Shown here: positions 49,770-61,979 of the stretch, in pieces
How positions within the stretch are numbered: position 1 is the stretch's first letter
Layout of the letters: each line of letters opens with the position of its first letter
Assembly (NCBI GenBank): GCA_965655095.1
Contig: OZ296649.1
Coordinates: 45,012,001 to 45,076,000, forward strand
From: Haplodiscus bocki
Taxonomy: Eukaryota
DNA length: 64,000 nt
Direction of reading: 5' to 3'
Made by a program: the position numbers and the translations under genes
Notes under the pieces: generated by a model
Told to the model about the DNA's origin: nothing
Seen by the model: the letters and a program-made list of their open reading frames with translations, nothing else
Databases searched by the model: none

Positions 49770-49850
49770 AGTCTGCGGGTGGATCGCCTCGAACCCGGTT
49801 CCGCCGAGGTCGCAGTCCCACCAAACAGCCACTAACCTTTACCTGCTTAG
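49770..49850 (-). mobile_element. Degenerate tRNA-like/SINE-like head
   Basis: GGTTAGTGG...GGGTTCGAGGC with A/B-box-like spacing. Confidence 0.3.
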
Positions 49851-51943
49851 AACGAAAACTTTTCTTTTAAATGAATAGGTATACTTGACTTAATCTATCA
49901 CCAATTCTAACCAGATTCAATTTCGATTTCAGCGAAGCTAAAATATCATCCTCCGAGATCCGAACCCAATTTGATTGTGACACTATAGAGTCTATAGTAC
50001 AGACAAAAGTGAGTAACTTCCACACTGCGTCGACATACTATTAAACTTTCTGTGCTAAAGGAGAAGATTTATGATTATGCATTTCTTGTCAAGCTTAATG
50101 GCAACGGACACCATGAAAATCTGCTGCCCTCAAGCCGAAATTTTGCTACAGCCCTAAAAAAATCAGATTTTCGCGGTGTCTGAATGGCCGCTATGATTAT
50201 TTTGCTCAAACAATTCCCAACTCACAAATGATATATTACTTTATTTGTATATGATTGATTGAACGAATCCCCCCGCTCGTTCTGAGTCTTGAAATGTTAG
50301 CAACCTCACCCACTCCCCTCAAGTTTGACTCGCCTACTATGCGGGAAAACAGAATATTACTAGCTCCTGAAAAAATAACCAGCACCCCCGCTCTGTTAAT
50401 CTATTCTCCCCTCTAAATTAGTTTTATATATTTACCAGAGATTCAAGTTTTGAGAGCAATGATTTCTGCTCGTCTGTCGTTCAATGAGATCGAATTACAT
50501 ATAATCTCTCCAGCTGCTTTCATCCAGTGTCACTTCAAATAAACATTGCTGCGTATTAGATTGAATAAGGTTTTACATTGTGAACAGTAGCTATCACCAA
50601 GACAACAGATTTATGCTGCCATATACAGCCATTTCTAATGCCGTAGCTAAAAACTATGCTTTTTGCTGCTTTAGATAATTTCGAACCTCCTTTACGCGTT
50701 TTTTCATCATTTGCATCATTTCCACCAAGATATATACCTGTTGTCTGCATTTTAGAGCAAAACTAATATGGTTGATGTTCATATTTTTGGCTTGAAAAAC
50801 GCTGTTTGAATGCACGAAACGATACCACATTTGTTCAAGCACAAACAAAAAGGTAGTGTGCGAATCTTTGGGGAAATCGGACGAATTCGTCGTTTTTCCT
50901 CAATTTATGCTCAATTATGCCCTGACTGCTCTACTCCGGAATTAATGCTATAGGAAGTAAATTATGCCATTTATGGGTTTTGATGCTGCTGGTATAAATC
51001 TGTGGTCACTGGCTATCACCATTCCAGTTGATCGTATTAGCCTTCGTCTCACCTCAATTATAGTTTGTGCTGAATACAGTAACAATCATCGCTTCCAGTG
51101 TGACTGGACCGATGAAGAATCGAAAATGAGAATGACTTCACCACCGTCCAGAGAAGTTCCTGTTGTAGATAAACCTGAATATGCAGTCACTCTGCCGAAA
51201 TGCGACCCGCTGCAAAGCAAGAAGCGTCCGAGGTGTTATTTGTGCTCGGTAGTGGCCGGAAAAAGGATTTGGGGAAAAGCTGGGGAAAACCAGAGCATTA
51301 GCTGAACAAGGTTCAAAAGATGAAGCATTAAAGAAAATGATCAAGGTAAAACTTGAGGTTACATGGGTGATCAACGGAAAACATGGAGAAGTACCAGTTC
51401 GTTCGAACCACGCCCCGAAAGGATCAAGAATAAGTGGATCTCCCCTATATAAGGAACTGTTCAAACTTATCGGTATCATTGATTGTATTGCTACTGGTTC
51501 TGATAACTCGTTTGGTTCTATCAGTGTTCCTGCTGAAGCCGTAAAAAAAGAATATTTCAAGGTGTCAAACATTTTATGAACCTTCAGTTTCATTGGGATG
51601 AGTAGTTTCTTCTGGTAAAGGGATTTATTCCGAGAGGGCTAACGGTTTTGGTATGGGTATGGAACAAGGAAAGTGCGCCTGTTGAGAACCATCTTTACCA
51701 GTGTTTTCATTCCTCATTATCTTTGCAACGCTTGGGTTGGAGAGGGGATATTTCCGATCTTCCATTCTTAGCTGGAACTGTTTATTTTAGCAAGAACTCA
51801 ATGTTATAATATATCCAGGATAGCTTTACTCTTGATGTTTTTCTTGCGATGGATGGTGTAGAAAGTTTTGACTTCCTATATAGGTGTTAACGATGAAACT
51901 TCTCAAAAAGGCACATGGAGTGATTTTTCGTATATTAGTTCTT

Positions 51944-52220
51944 AGATAGACTTAGCATACTATAGGCTGCTATATAACGGAATTCAGGCTGTTTTGGAAA
52001 GCATTGATCTTCCATTTAAACTTTTAAATAGAGTAAGCACCGTATAGGCTGCTATAAAACGGAACCTTGGACGTTTTGGCATGCATTGAACTGCCATATA
52101 CAAACATTCAGATAGAATTGGCATAGTATAGGCTACTATATAAGAATACTTATTATCTTTTGGCTTACATTGTGCATCCATATACTGAGTCATAGATAGA
52201 AATAGCATAGTAGACTTAGC
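51944..52220. repeat. ~83-bp tandem repeat x3.3, probable Polinton subterminal/TIR region
   Basis: ATAGA..AGCA...TATAGGCTRCTATA unit starting near 51946, 52028, 52112 and 52196. Confidence 0.75.
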
Positions 52221-52929
52221 AACATTGTTTTGCTTTATAATGAAACTTTTCAATGTATTACACCCCTTTTGTCCGGATCGCCACTCATGCTCCTAAAAGA
52301 CTTCACAAAACATCATTGTCAATGGTTACAAAAGCGCAAAAAATCACTCGAGATCATCTTGAACAAGCTCTACAACACTACTCGAGCTTCATACCACAAT
52401 ATTCATATAAAAGGAAACCAGCAGTGTTGCTCTTATTCGCCATCTCTCTCCAAATCATTTACCTTCGCTCTTTTCTTTAGTGATTCGTCGTCAGTTGCTA
52501 AGTTGTCGAAGTCGATGTATCTTAACAAATCGCAAAGCAAGTTCCTGTCAACTTCTGAAATTACTCTAATCACTTGTATATTATTCGAAGGATAACTTAC
52601 GACGCTTTCTCCAACATCTTCGACGGTTTTGTCTCAGGCTTCATCATCCATGATAAAGTTTCGCGGTGATTGATAATTTTCGCTTTCTGAGCAACACTTT
52701 GTAGGATTTTCATTCAACTGCTTAAGAGAATATGTTGTTTGGTTCAGTCTGGGATCCACCGGTGTCTAATCTGACAACAAATCCGATGTGTTTACCACTA
52801 GACTGTTTCTAGTTGGAGTGATTGAAGAGTTGGGTTAACATATAGATGCCTCGTTGACCACGTCGCTCCATGTTGGGCTAGGTGGTGTAAAATCTTCACC
52901 CTATTCATCTCCTAATACTCCTCGAAAAT

Positions 52930-55900
52930 TTGTGACAACTCTTATCGAAGGACATCCAAAAAGATGACATGTAAAACTATCTTCCAATGTGAACCTTTTG
53001 TCGAAGGCAGTGAGGAAGAGCTTTTTCGTTGATATCGTTTGCAACTGGTTTTTCGGACCAATTTGTGCGTTTAATGTAGAGAATGAATCTCATGTGCGCA
53101 ACACCTGGCGGTAGAGTTCATGTTTGAGCAAAACGTGTGACTCCTTTCGCCGAAAGTTCCTTTACCACCGCTGAGAATAGAAGACAATTTGGGTTTCAAT
53201 CCGAAGAACTCACTGATGCGACAACGTGCTATCTCATCCCTGAATTCGACTATGAATGTTCTGTGATCCAAACTGTACAGCTCGTGGTTTTGGGGATAGT
53301 TTTATGGAGCGAAATGTTGTTTTTGAAAAGGATTATTGTTCAGTTCTTGGTAGAAGTCTTCCTTTTAACTTCGTTTGGAAAGAATTTTTGGTCTCAGTAA
53401 ACCAACCGACACGTAAATTTTGACTTCATAACATTATAATGAAAGTCGTACATATCATAGTTTGCATGATCGAAGATAGTCGCGCCGAAAATTGTTGATT
53501 TGTTCCATAAAATGTTTCTTCTCTTGGAAGTAAGTGCAGCCAGGGTTTCGTCAGATACTTTGAAAGCGAAGAACAAATGGGCAGATGGTTCTTTCCTAAA
53601 TTCATCTTCGGAAGACACCAAGCGCACGTTGACCCCATTTCGTTTGCTTTCCAATTTTTTCGCGTAACAACTGTTATTCATCAACTAAGCTTTCTTCAGA
53701 GTTGTTTCCTCGACTGTTGTCGTTTCTTTATTCAGTGGAATGTAAGGTTTCATCCACGGCTCCTGCTGAACCATGACAACTCTGTGTACTTTCTTAACTT
53801 GCAGTCCACGGCTCACATAAAACTTCAGTGTGATATAATGAAGAGTATAGCTGTTCTCTTCCGGCAATGTTTGTATCAGTTTCATTGATTGGCTTTTGCA
53901 TCGCAGAACATTTGTTTTTCCCAGAAGGTTATGCTGCCAACAACCAAGATCTTCATAGGACATAATTTCTTTCGTTGGTGCCAATAGAAATTTTCCATGC
54001 ACATCATGTAGCTCGTCCAGATAATGAGGGTCCAACTCCAAAATAAAACCAATCTCAGTCAATTGGTGTGACCAATATCTCTTGCAGATCTATTCCGGTG
54101 ATTGTTGGAAAATCTTTTAGCGGTAAAAGAAATTTTCCATGATCCCAGCGTAGAGAATATTGGCATCAACCAATACTCAGTAGATTTCTTTGTTGAGATC
54201 AAATTTGTCCAAATACGTGTTGCTAGCCTTCAAAAAACGTTTTTCGATAATTGATGACACGCCTTCCCGTAACATATTTGTAACCATTCCCAAGCGTTCT
54301 CGATCCGTTAAGAGCTGGATATCTGCTGCACAGTTTCGAAGGAATGCATCACCAAACAAGTGAAAACACGTTAGACATTGTAGGTCTCATAACACACTCT
54401 ACGGAATTCTTCTACCACGCATGCTAACAGTAGAGTGTCTGTTTGCAAGTAGATATAACGGTTTTATCTATGATTTTCGCACCCAAAGGATTTGAACACC
54501 TCATCAGCGTGATTCCATTCGTCTTGATTCATGTTTTCTTTTTGCTGTGGGGAATTCTTCCAACAGTTCAAGGGTGGCAGATATTCGTCAATGAACTTAT
54601 TGTAATCCAAATGGGAGTAAGGATTAAACCCCTTTCGATTCAAGAGACGGTTTTGGTCGTTGAAGTAGTCTCTGAATTGGTCATCAAGGTACGAGAATTT
54701 CTCTTGCAGAAGACAGCTAACCAGTTTGTGGAGCGATGATCTCAAGAAGCGTAGATAATCAACGAACCTCAAACAATCAAATAAAGTCCATGTTATGCCG
54801 TTGTTGTCCTAATAGGTTTACATTGGTACGCCTTGTGACAGAGATGATTTTCTCATCTGGTGAAGGAATAATGTCAATTTTGCATTTTGTCCCGAATCGA
54901 TGAAGCACAAATGGTGTAGGTCATAGTTGGAGATTGTGTGCTAGTGTCGGAAAGAAGTTGAGCGTTCTTTCCTCGAGATTCATTCGTTGTGTGCATAGCG
55001 GAGGACCTCACCACTGTAGTGGCAATGGTCAAGCACTTCGTTTTCCTGGTTTCCTTCGATAAAGAAACCATCACATATCCAAAACTTTTTAGCCTTTCCG
55101 GGTCTCTCATGTAAGAAAATTGAAACAATTGGATTGTTTTCTGCAGTGCACATCTTGTGCAATTGCTGTCAATCACACACTATTTTCCGCATGCAGTCTA
55201 CTAACATTCCAATATGAACTGGTTCCGTCTTGGCATGCGCAACTCCCACTAAGCAAAAGCCACATGCTTTGAGCAATTCAATGTTAGTTTTTTTTTTCAC
55301 CAGCATTTAAACAAACTGAAATCGGTTGATTAAGAGATTCCAAGTAATTAAGTAGGAGCGCGAACCATCCGGCCTTCAAGTTTGTGAAACTCATCTTGGT
55401 TTTTCTGTGGCTTTGGCATCTGAATGAACGCAGGTTCATTGTTGAAACAGCTTACTAAGTTTCGGTCGTATATTTCGTTCGAAGTACACAAAGGAGAGCA
55501 ATTTGGACAACGAAAATCTTTCGATGACAAAAACAGAGCAATACTTACGCGGCAGATGAGATACTTCAGGTTTCTGATAAGCACGCAGTGATGAATTAGA
55601 ATAACCTCCAACAACAACAGATCAACATCGAAGTCAGTATCAAACTTTTGCCAACGCGAATAGGTAACAGGTCCTTGTTTCTGCTTTCAAATATGTTACA
55701 TTAGTAACTTTTCAATTCCTGAAGTCTTGCCAATTCTCCAGTTCCCACTGGCATTTCAAACTCACCTTTTGGTTGATGAGCCAGCGATTCAGGATAGAGT
55801 ACGAATTCGTTTTCAAGCGACACATATCTTGACCAGGTGGTTGTAGCGACGGACCATACTTGAAATGCCATGCCACGAAAAAGCACAATAAAAAGCAGTT

Positions 55901-56680
55901 GTGGTCGTTGTGATTGCGTATGTGGAGTAGGCAATTCATCCACTGCGGACCATTAAGCGAAGACCCTCGTAAAGGGTGAAACGCTGCGAATTGCATCTCC
56001 GGCTAACTGATTTCTTTATCCAACCGCTACCGGAAGCTGTAAACAAAAACAGGGTTCATAGCACTTTATCTATCATTCACGAAAAGCTATCTAATGCTAA
56101 ACCATCTTTGTAAACAGGATGCATCTTGGAATGTATGAATACGGTTGTTCCTTCGTCATCTGTAATCGGCTTTTCAAAATCAATCGTCGCAAACTGTGCT
56201 TTTTGTGGGTTATGTAAAACATTTTCCCTACTCAAGGCGTTAATTTCGGTTTCCTTCATCATCAGGAATTCGAATAAGTCTCGTTCGTTGTTACAGTAAA
56301 CTGTGTAGATTTTCAATGCTACACTAAATTATGTTGTCTTTTGTGTTTTTTTCCTGGAAATAGCCGGTCGAAGTACACCATGTTCTTGTTCCAATTGACC
56401 ATGGAGGAACCTTGGATCCGTGAAAACAGATCCGCAGTAGCTGCAAACTGCGTGGAAGAATGCTTTGTGCTCTTAGCGGAAACGCAATTCCATACTTGCA
56501 AAGAAGTAGTTTTCAACGGCAACGGAAACATCGTTCCTACACTGTTGGTAAAGTAGTCATGAGTTCTACACTAGTACGATGCAAGTTCTGCCTATTGGCA
56601 AAAGTTATGTTGCATTGGTCGCATTTCAAACTTTTCGTATCTCCTGTACTTTCTTGAGGCTGTTTATCTGGTATTGTGTT
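52930..56680 (-). pseudogene. Protein-primed family B DNA polymerase with N-terminal Zn finger and endonuclease-VII-like insert
   Basis: Ordered motifs SGSGW, HPLRGSS, IRNHNDHNCF, VLDHCHYSGEVLRYAHNE, RFVDYLRFLRSSL, LLNRKGFNPY, DANILY, GFILELD, WMKPYIPLN, MNNSCYAK, degraded YxDTDS (VY*DQ), EFFGLKPK and TAFDKR, with many stops and frameshifts. Confidence 0.92.
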
Positions 56681-56684
56681 TGCC

Positions 56685-57110
56685 GAGGTATCGAAAGTTA
56701 CCAAGAGAGGTGGTCTCTCAAAAACGTGCAAGGAGTTATTGGATGGGATGCTTCAACTGTTAAAACCGACTACTTCCGACCAGAGCTAAAAATTTTTAAC
56801 AAAATTTACATTCTTTTGATCTAAAAAGAGAGTTTTGGAAGTATTTTCACAGATAATAAATTTGTCCATTACTTATCTTTCGTCAACTTCTCGTCTGGGT
56901 AATCTCAACAATTTTGTTGTTTTGATTGCTTGCTTCTGTTTATCTATTCAGCCTTTCCTCGGCAGAGAGTTTTGGGTTGGACATACTGATAGCCTTTCTC
57001 GACCTAGTTTACGATCCCAAAAGCAGTTCAGTTTGATCGTTAGCTGAGAATACCTCGCTTCTACTGTCTCGCCGCAGACGAGTTATGAGAAATGGAGAGC
57101 CAGCATATTT
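56685..57110 (-). pseudogene. Second, diverged copy of the small basic protein tail and major-capsid N-terminus
   Basis: EASH..NSLHVFERPPLLVTFDTS parallels EASHISSDNERPTLLITLDTS at 58990-59050; DNA similarity between 56688-56760 and 58989-59055 is visible. Confidence 0.65.
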
Positions 57111-57309
57111 GTATCCTGTGAACAAAAATTCAGTCATTTTTGAACAAATCTAAGTTTTTCGAATTCCTGCTTTTTTAGCTCCGGCTTTGATTTTCAGTAC
57201 GGAATGCGTTGCGATTTTGAATATGAAAACCTTGTATATGAAGACATGAGTCTAAAGGCTGTTTTCAGCCTGAACACTCTGCCGATTCGATAATGCTTAC
57301 GTCCCGAAC

Positions 57310-57582
57310 ATGAATTCGTGTCAAACAATGGACCCGTTTCAGAAATTCAGTATCGTTCAGTGGCTACTTGAGAATATGGAGAACGATTTGCAAGACACGG
57401 TGGAGGAAAACAGTCCAATGCTACCATTTGATAAGCTGCCCCCAACTCGAGCTAGTGAGCTCTTTCGTCAACCATATTTCAATTTAGCCGTTAGACTTAA
57501 TCAGGGCCCTCGACAGAACTATCCGACCCATTTTCCTGCATCGCAGATTCGAGGCAATGAGAATGTTTTCCTCGGTCTTTAA
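57310..57582 (+). CDS. Hypothetical 90-aa ORF, opposite strand, inside the Polinton region
   Basis: ATG-started ORF of protein-like composition; no recognisable motif; possibly truncated. Confidence 0.35.
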   Translation: MNSCQTMDPFQKFSIVQWLLENMENDLQDTVEENSPMLPFDKLPPTRASELFRQPYFNLAVRLNQGPRQNYPTHFPASQIRGNENVFLGL

Positions 57583-58089
57583 AAGGCGTGGAATATCCAA
57601 GGAAAGCAGAGTCGGACTTTCAAGGGAAGTTCACGGAGTGCAGAGTATTCTAAACTTGGTTGGCCACCCCAGCTAAGTGCCAGCCCTTGCCACTGGAACC
57701 CGAAGAGAAACTATCACGTCAGTTCGCCCCGCTGTAGAGAAACTAATTTCAAGATAATACGGTAACGGAAACATAGGAGACGTTCCACCCTCCCCCCATT
57801 TGTTGAAAAAGCGACTTCAATGACGACATTCGTAGTTATGAGTTGAACTGTAAAAATTCATGAGAATGTTCTAGTTTCCACTTGTTTGCTTCAGTTGAGA
57901 AGAAGTTTTTAGTTGAGAAGAAATTTTCCTTGCAATTCCCAATGTAACCTTTCTCCTGATGCTTCTTTTCGCCCAACAGAATTAACGTGATTGTTTGAAT
58001 TGACAATCTTTTGTCAAAGAAAAACATGAGATAGATTTATAGTTGGAATTAAAAGTTGATTCAGATAAATGAGCTTAGTCAAAGAAACT

Positions 58090-58482
58090 TTGCAATTCCT
58101 CTCAATTGAAAGCTATCTGCGGAAAGTAGCCGCAGAGAACAAAGTGGTCAATGTAGATACAATACAATCCACAAATGTAAGATGTTTGCGCTTGCAATGA
58201 GTTTTCAATTATTTATTTGATTCCAGAATCTGCGTATGAAAGTCTGTTACAGATATTATTAAAACAAGAATTGGGGAGTCGTACTGGGTCACTAAAAAGG
58301 TAGTCACCATTCCTGCACATGAGAAGCCAGTGGCTTCCTCGACGTGCAGCTATGCCAGAATTTTCGATCAAAGAAATGTCATCACTTAATGACAGGAGGA
58401 AGCTATCAGCCGCAAAATTAAAAATATACTTCGAGTGTGAGGACCTCCGTGCCAGCTTTGCTCGGCTGACTTCGTCAATCAA
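58090..58482 (-). pseudogene. Adenain-like (C5 family) cysteine maturation protease
   Basis: Catalytic His/Asp segment GSHWLL...FSDP, then after a stop LQAQTSYICGLYCIY (Q...CGxYC). Confidence 0.85.
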
Positions 58483-58519
58483 TCCCCGGCGTAAATTATT
58501 GCATTCAGAAAGATGTGTA

Positions 58520-59080
58520 ATGGAAACTCTGCCAGCAGAATCGATATAGACAGTTGATGCTTATAGACAGTTGATGCTTTTCCACCAAGAAAAAGAATTC
58601 CAGTTTTGCTGCCAAGGCAGTAAAGAAACGTAATTCCACTGATAAGGATGCGTTTTTCAGTTCAGGGTACAGGAAATCATGCGAAAGTCGTGTGCTAGTA
58701 AGGTCGAAAACCATGAAGTGTTTCCATTAGCTGAGAATAATTTGATTCCGTTTGCAGTTACAGTGCAAACGGAAAACAACGAACAAAACGCTTTGTTCAC
58801 AAACACCGGTTTATCTCTTCGGGTAGTCTCTGTTGCATAAAAATTCAGATTTGTTTCGTCACGTTTTGCAATTGTGCAATTTTTCCCACAAATAAATGTT
58901 CTGTGAGTTTGTTCGGTCTCCTGTAATGTCGATCTCCAGTGTTTGACCACTTGGTGCATAAATGGGGCCAACTTTCTGTTCAAACGACGTATCCAAAGTT
59001 ATCAAGAGCGTTGGCCTCTCATTGTCCGAAGATATATGGGATGCTTCAATTGGTTGCAACAGGTAACATTTTTCACTTTC
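58520..59080 (-). pseudogene. Major capsid protein (double jelly-roll), internally deleted
   Basis: N-terminal LDTSFEQKVGPIYAPSGQTLEI and FVNKAFCSLFSVCTVTANG are directly followed by C-terminal-type MVFDLTST...YPELKNASLSVELRF. Confidence 0.75.
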
Positions 59081-59139
59081 AAAAAACCGACTGATTTGCC
59101 GCAGGCCTCTTTTTTTTCGTCAAATGATTATCAGTAGCT

Positions 59140-59410
59140 TGGCCACCAACTTTCTTCACAGTCCAGCGTCTCGCTGATTTGACTGCTTTTTTGGAGTTTT
59201 TCATTGTGTAACAACTTCTACTAATTACGGTACACTTTGACTAAACAACTCTTCTCCGAGTCATCACTGCTGGAAGTAGAAACTTTTTAACGAAAGGTAA
59301 CGCAACCCTGCTCACGCTAGCAGCTAATGATTCAAATCTAATTCCTCGTTGTTTCGAGTAACCAGAAGAAAGAAGTAAAACTGCTTGTCCAGAGTACTGT
59401 GCTTCCATTG
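59140..59410 (-). pseudogene. Small basic/amphipathic Polinton protein (core-like)
   Basis: QRGIRFESLAASVSRVALPFVKKFLLP sits between the minor and major capsid genes, the usual position for this small ORF. Confidence 0.55.
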
Positions 59411-59414
59411 TTAG

Positions 59415-60233
59415 AATTTTCGGAACTTTAATGTCAATGCCACTGTTCCTCTACCAACAAAATATTATTTTTAATGCCTCTGATACCAGCTCTGTTTGCA
59501 TGTCTTCAAATGTACTTGTAATCAGTTTATTGAATTGCATTTCTGTGAAGACTTTGTGAGCAGTCGGTGACGTTGGTTAGAGTTCACCTTTCGACAATCG
59601 TTTTTCGGCATCGATGATCATTAGTAAAAGGGATTTGAATCCAGCTATATGTTGTTGTCCATGATGTTGGTGTCTACAAAACGCTGGTTCCTTCTGTGAG
59701 ACCCGATAGATAGTCACTCTTCATTGGCTGTCGATATCTTTCAACTTTTTCGTGGCTACCAACGAAAAATGCTCCCGGTCTTTGTCCGACACACCCCTAA
59801 AAACAAGACTATCCAAAAGACTACGATGATAAAAGCTTTCGGCCTAGTCTTCTTTAAAAATCGATTCCACGAAACCATCGTCAAGTAAAGAGCAAGAAGG
59901 CAAAGCTTTGTAAAATCAATTTCAAAACTGGAATTTTCTGGTACTCTCCCACTCGAAACGTTCCATTATCAGTGTAAAACTCAAACAAAATCTGGATTCC
60001 TTCAGATGCTTCTTTCGAACATCTTGTTGGTATTAACGGAGTTTGTATAAAACATTCCATTCGGTCGTGGTACCGTTCATTTTTGCAGGGAAAATAATTT
60101 CAGCAGGAGCGACTCTTCGATCACCCTGAAGTTGGATTGGATGTGCTAACAGATTACGAAAAACAGCCATTGTGTTCTTTCCGTAAAGGTACATCGATCC
60201 GGTGGATTCCAGGCGAATGTCAAAAACGTCCAT
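59415..60233 (-). pseudogene. Minor capsid (penton) protein
   Basis: N-terminal FDIRLESTGSMYLYGKNTMAVFRNLLAHPIQLQG...AEIIFP; C-terminal YIAGFKSLLLMIIDAE...FTEMQFNKL. Confidence 0.8.
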
Positions 60234-60299
60234 TGATTTTAATCAATTCAGGTTGGTAAAAACTTCCTTGAATGGTTACACCTTTGCTGTCTCAAGTTA

Positions 60300-61090
60300 A
60301 AAGTTGGTGGGTTGAATGTGGGAGTTTTTGTTAATACAAAGGTTCAGTTGGTGAAGTTTTGCTTGTAAAATTTCTTCAATTTTTCTCGCGAAACGAACTT
60401 TTCCTCCAACCTTGAAACTAGATTTTCTCAAGAAACAATGCGGCTTCTCCGCTGCAAAGTGTCCCTATGTCACTTTGCGCGGGCCTAGTTTCATTATTCC
60501 TGACTCGGGAGTTGATTGTTCCCACAATGAGTGTAGTTTTTGTAATGAAAGGTCCATTTGTGTTCCAGGTATTTGTACATAATGTAATTGAGCGATCGAA
60601 TTTTTCGATTAGCGACATCTGATTGGTCTCACTTTCGGTTGCTTGAGCGAATATGCCTTCTTCGGCACAAGGTTGTTGGAATGCACCTTCGAACTCTGTG
60701 CCTTTAACCGACCGGACTTCTTGAGGTATTCTTTTTGCAATCATTTTTATTGAATGTTCCAGCCGTTTCTCCGGCCAGTTTAGTTCGACCAATAGAGTCT
60801 GGCAAAACTGTCAGATGACGTCATAGAACACCTGCTGCAACAAGTGGATATTCAACACCGTTACTCTATTGCAATAACTTGTCCAAATAAGCAAAATCAA
60901 TCGACCAAATTTCATCGATATCAGAAGCAATGACTGAAAGACGGGGAAGCTTTTGTCTAGTCTGTCGATATTTCGTGAGCGCATCTTCCGATTTCGAAAA
61001 CGTCCGAACCTTTTTAACCTCATTGACGCCTTCTATAGGTCTTCAACGCTCCCGAAGGCCCTCGGTCCAGTGGTGTAAAGTTGCTGCATT
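60300..61090 (-). pseudogene. Retroviral-like (c-)integrase
   Basis: LYTTGPRAFGSVEDL; YRQTRQKLPRLSVIASDIDEIWSIDFAYLDKL; VKGTEFEGAF...IEKFDRSI, a decayed DDE core. Confidence 0.88.
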
Positions 61091-61689
61091 TTCTGCTTCT
61101 CAGCTGGCAAGACAATCCCAGCCTTCTCTCCTTCCTCTTCTGCTGTATCGTATCCAGATTGGGGGTCATCTTGGACTCGTTGGTTCTGAACTTGACGTCT
61201 TGGGGTTTTCGTTTTGAACCTGACCACTTTTTTTCTTTGTTATCGGTTTAGTCATCTGCTTCGCCGCAGAGTTCGCAACCAACTTCGGTTCAGACTAAGG
61301 TTTTTGAAATTTTTAAAAATCTGGATCTGATTACTGTTTTCTGCTTCGCTGCATGTTGTAGAGGAATTTTGCGGCGTCAATAGAAGTTGGTCGATCCCCC
61401 AACATTGATGAGACAATCATTGTTGATGGATACACCTTCAGCTTCGTTCTTCAATTTTCGTATTTTGTTGTTTTCTCTTTCTGAGCCGGATTGAGCATAA
61501 AAACAGGTGTCAGAACGCGTGTATGTAATTTATCCTAGTTGTTGTGTTCTGCTTGAAATCTTCTATCTTATGTTTCCTCTTCCGTTTCTGATTGCCCTTG
61601 CAAAACCGTCAAAAGTTTGGTTTTTGTTGCGCAGTAGAGTCGCCCCACTTTTTGCCGGAATTAGAAAAAATTCTTTTCCACTTATTGTG

Positions 61690-61940
61690 ATCAATATTAT
61701 TAACACGTGCGAATGATTAGTTTCAATAACTTCCAATCTCTGGCAGAACTTAGCATTTGACGTCTTTCCTTTGTTGACGTTGATGAATGACACAAAAACT
61801 TGAGTTTTTTTTCATAGGGTATATTGCCGTTCACAACAGAGGAAAAATTTCCCTTGATTAAGTTGAAAGCGCATTGGCACAAAAATTTGACAGTAGCATC
61901 GTCACACTGAACAACAATTTATCGACAATTTTCCACCTTC
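61690..61940 (-). pseudogene. Small conserved Polinton accessory ORF
   Basis: FLCQCAFNLIKGN...ERRQML resembles the recurrent CECALNxxxGN small ORF next to Polinton ATPases. Confidence 0.5.
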
Positions 61941-61979
61941 TTGCTTTGCTACCAAAGTTTCAGTATATGCTTCTAAGTT

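Noticed and set aside
49982-49998. Palindrome ACTATAGA-G-TCTATAGT
   Set aside because: A single short AT-rich palindrome; plausible by chance, with no supporting context.
51944-52220. CRISPR-like repeat-spacer appearance
   Set aside because: The apparent spacers are homologous to one another, so this is a plain tandem repeat; eukaryotic context and no cas genes.
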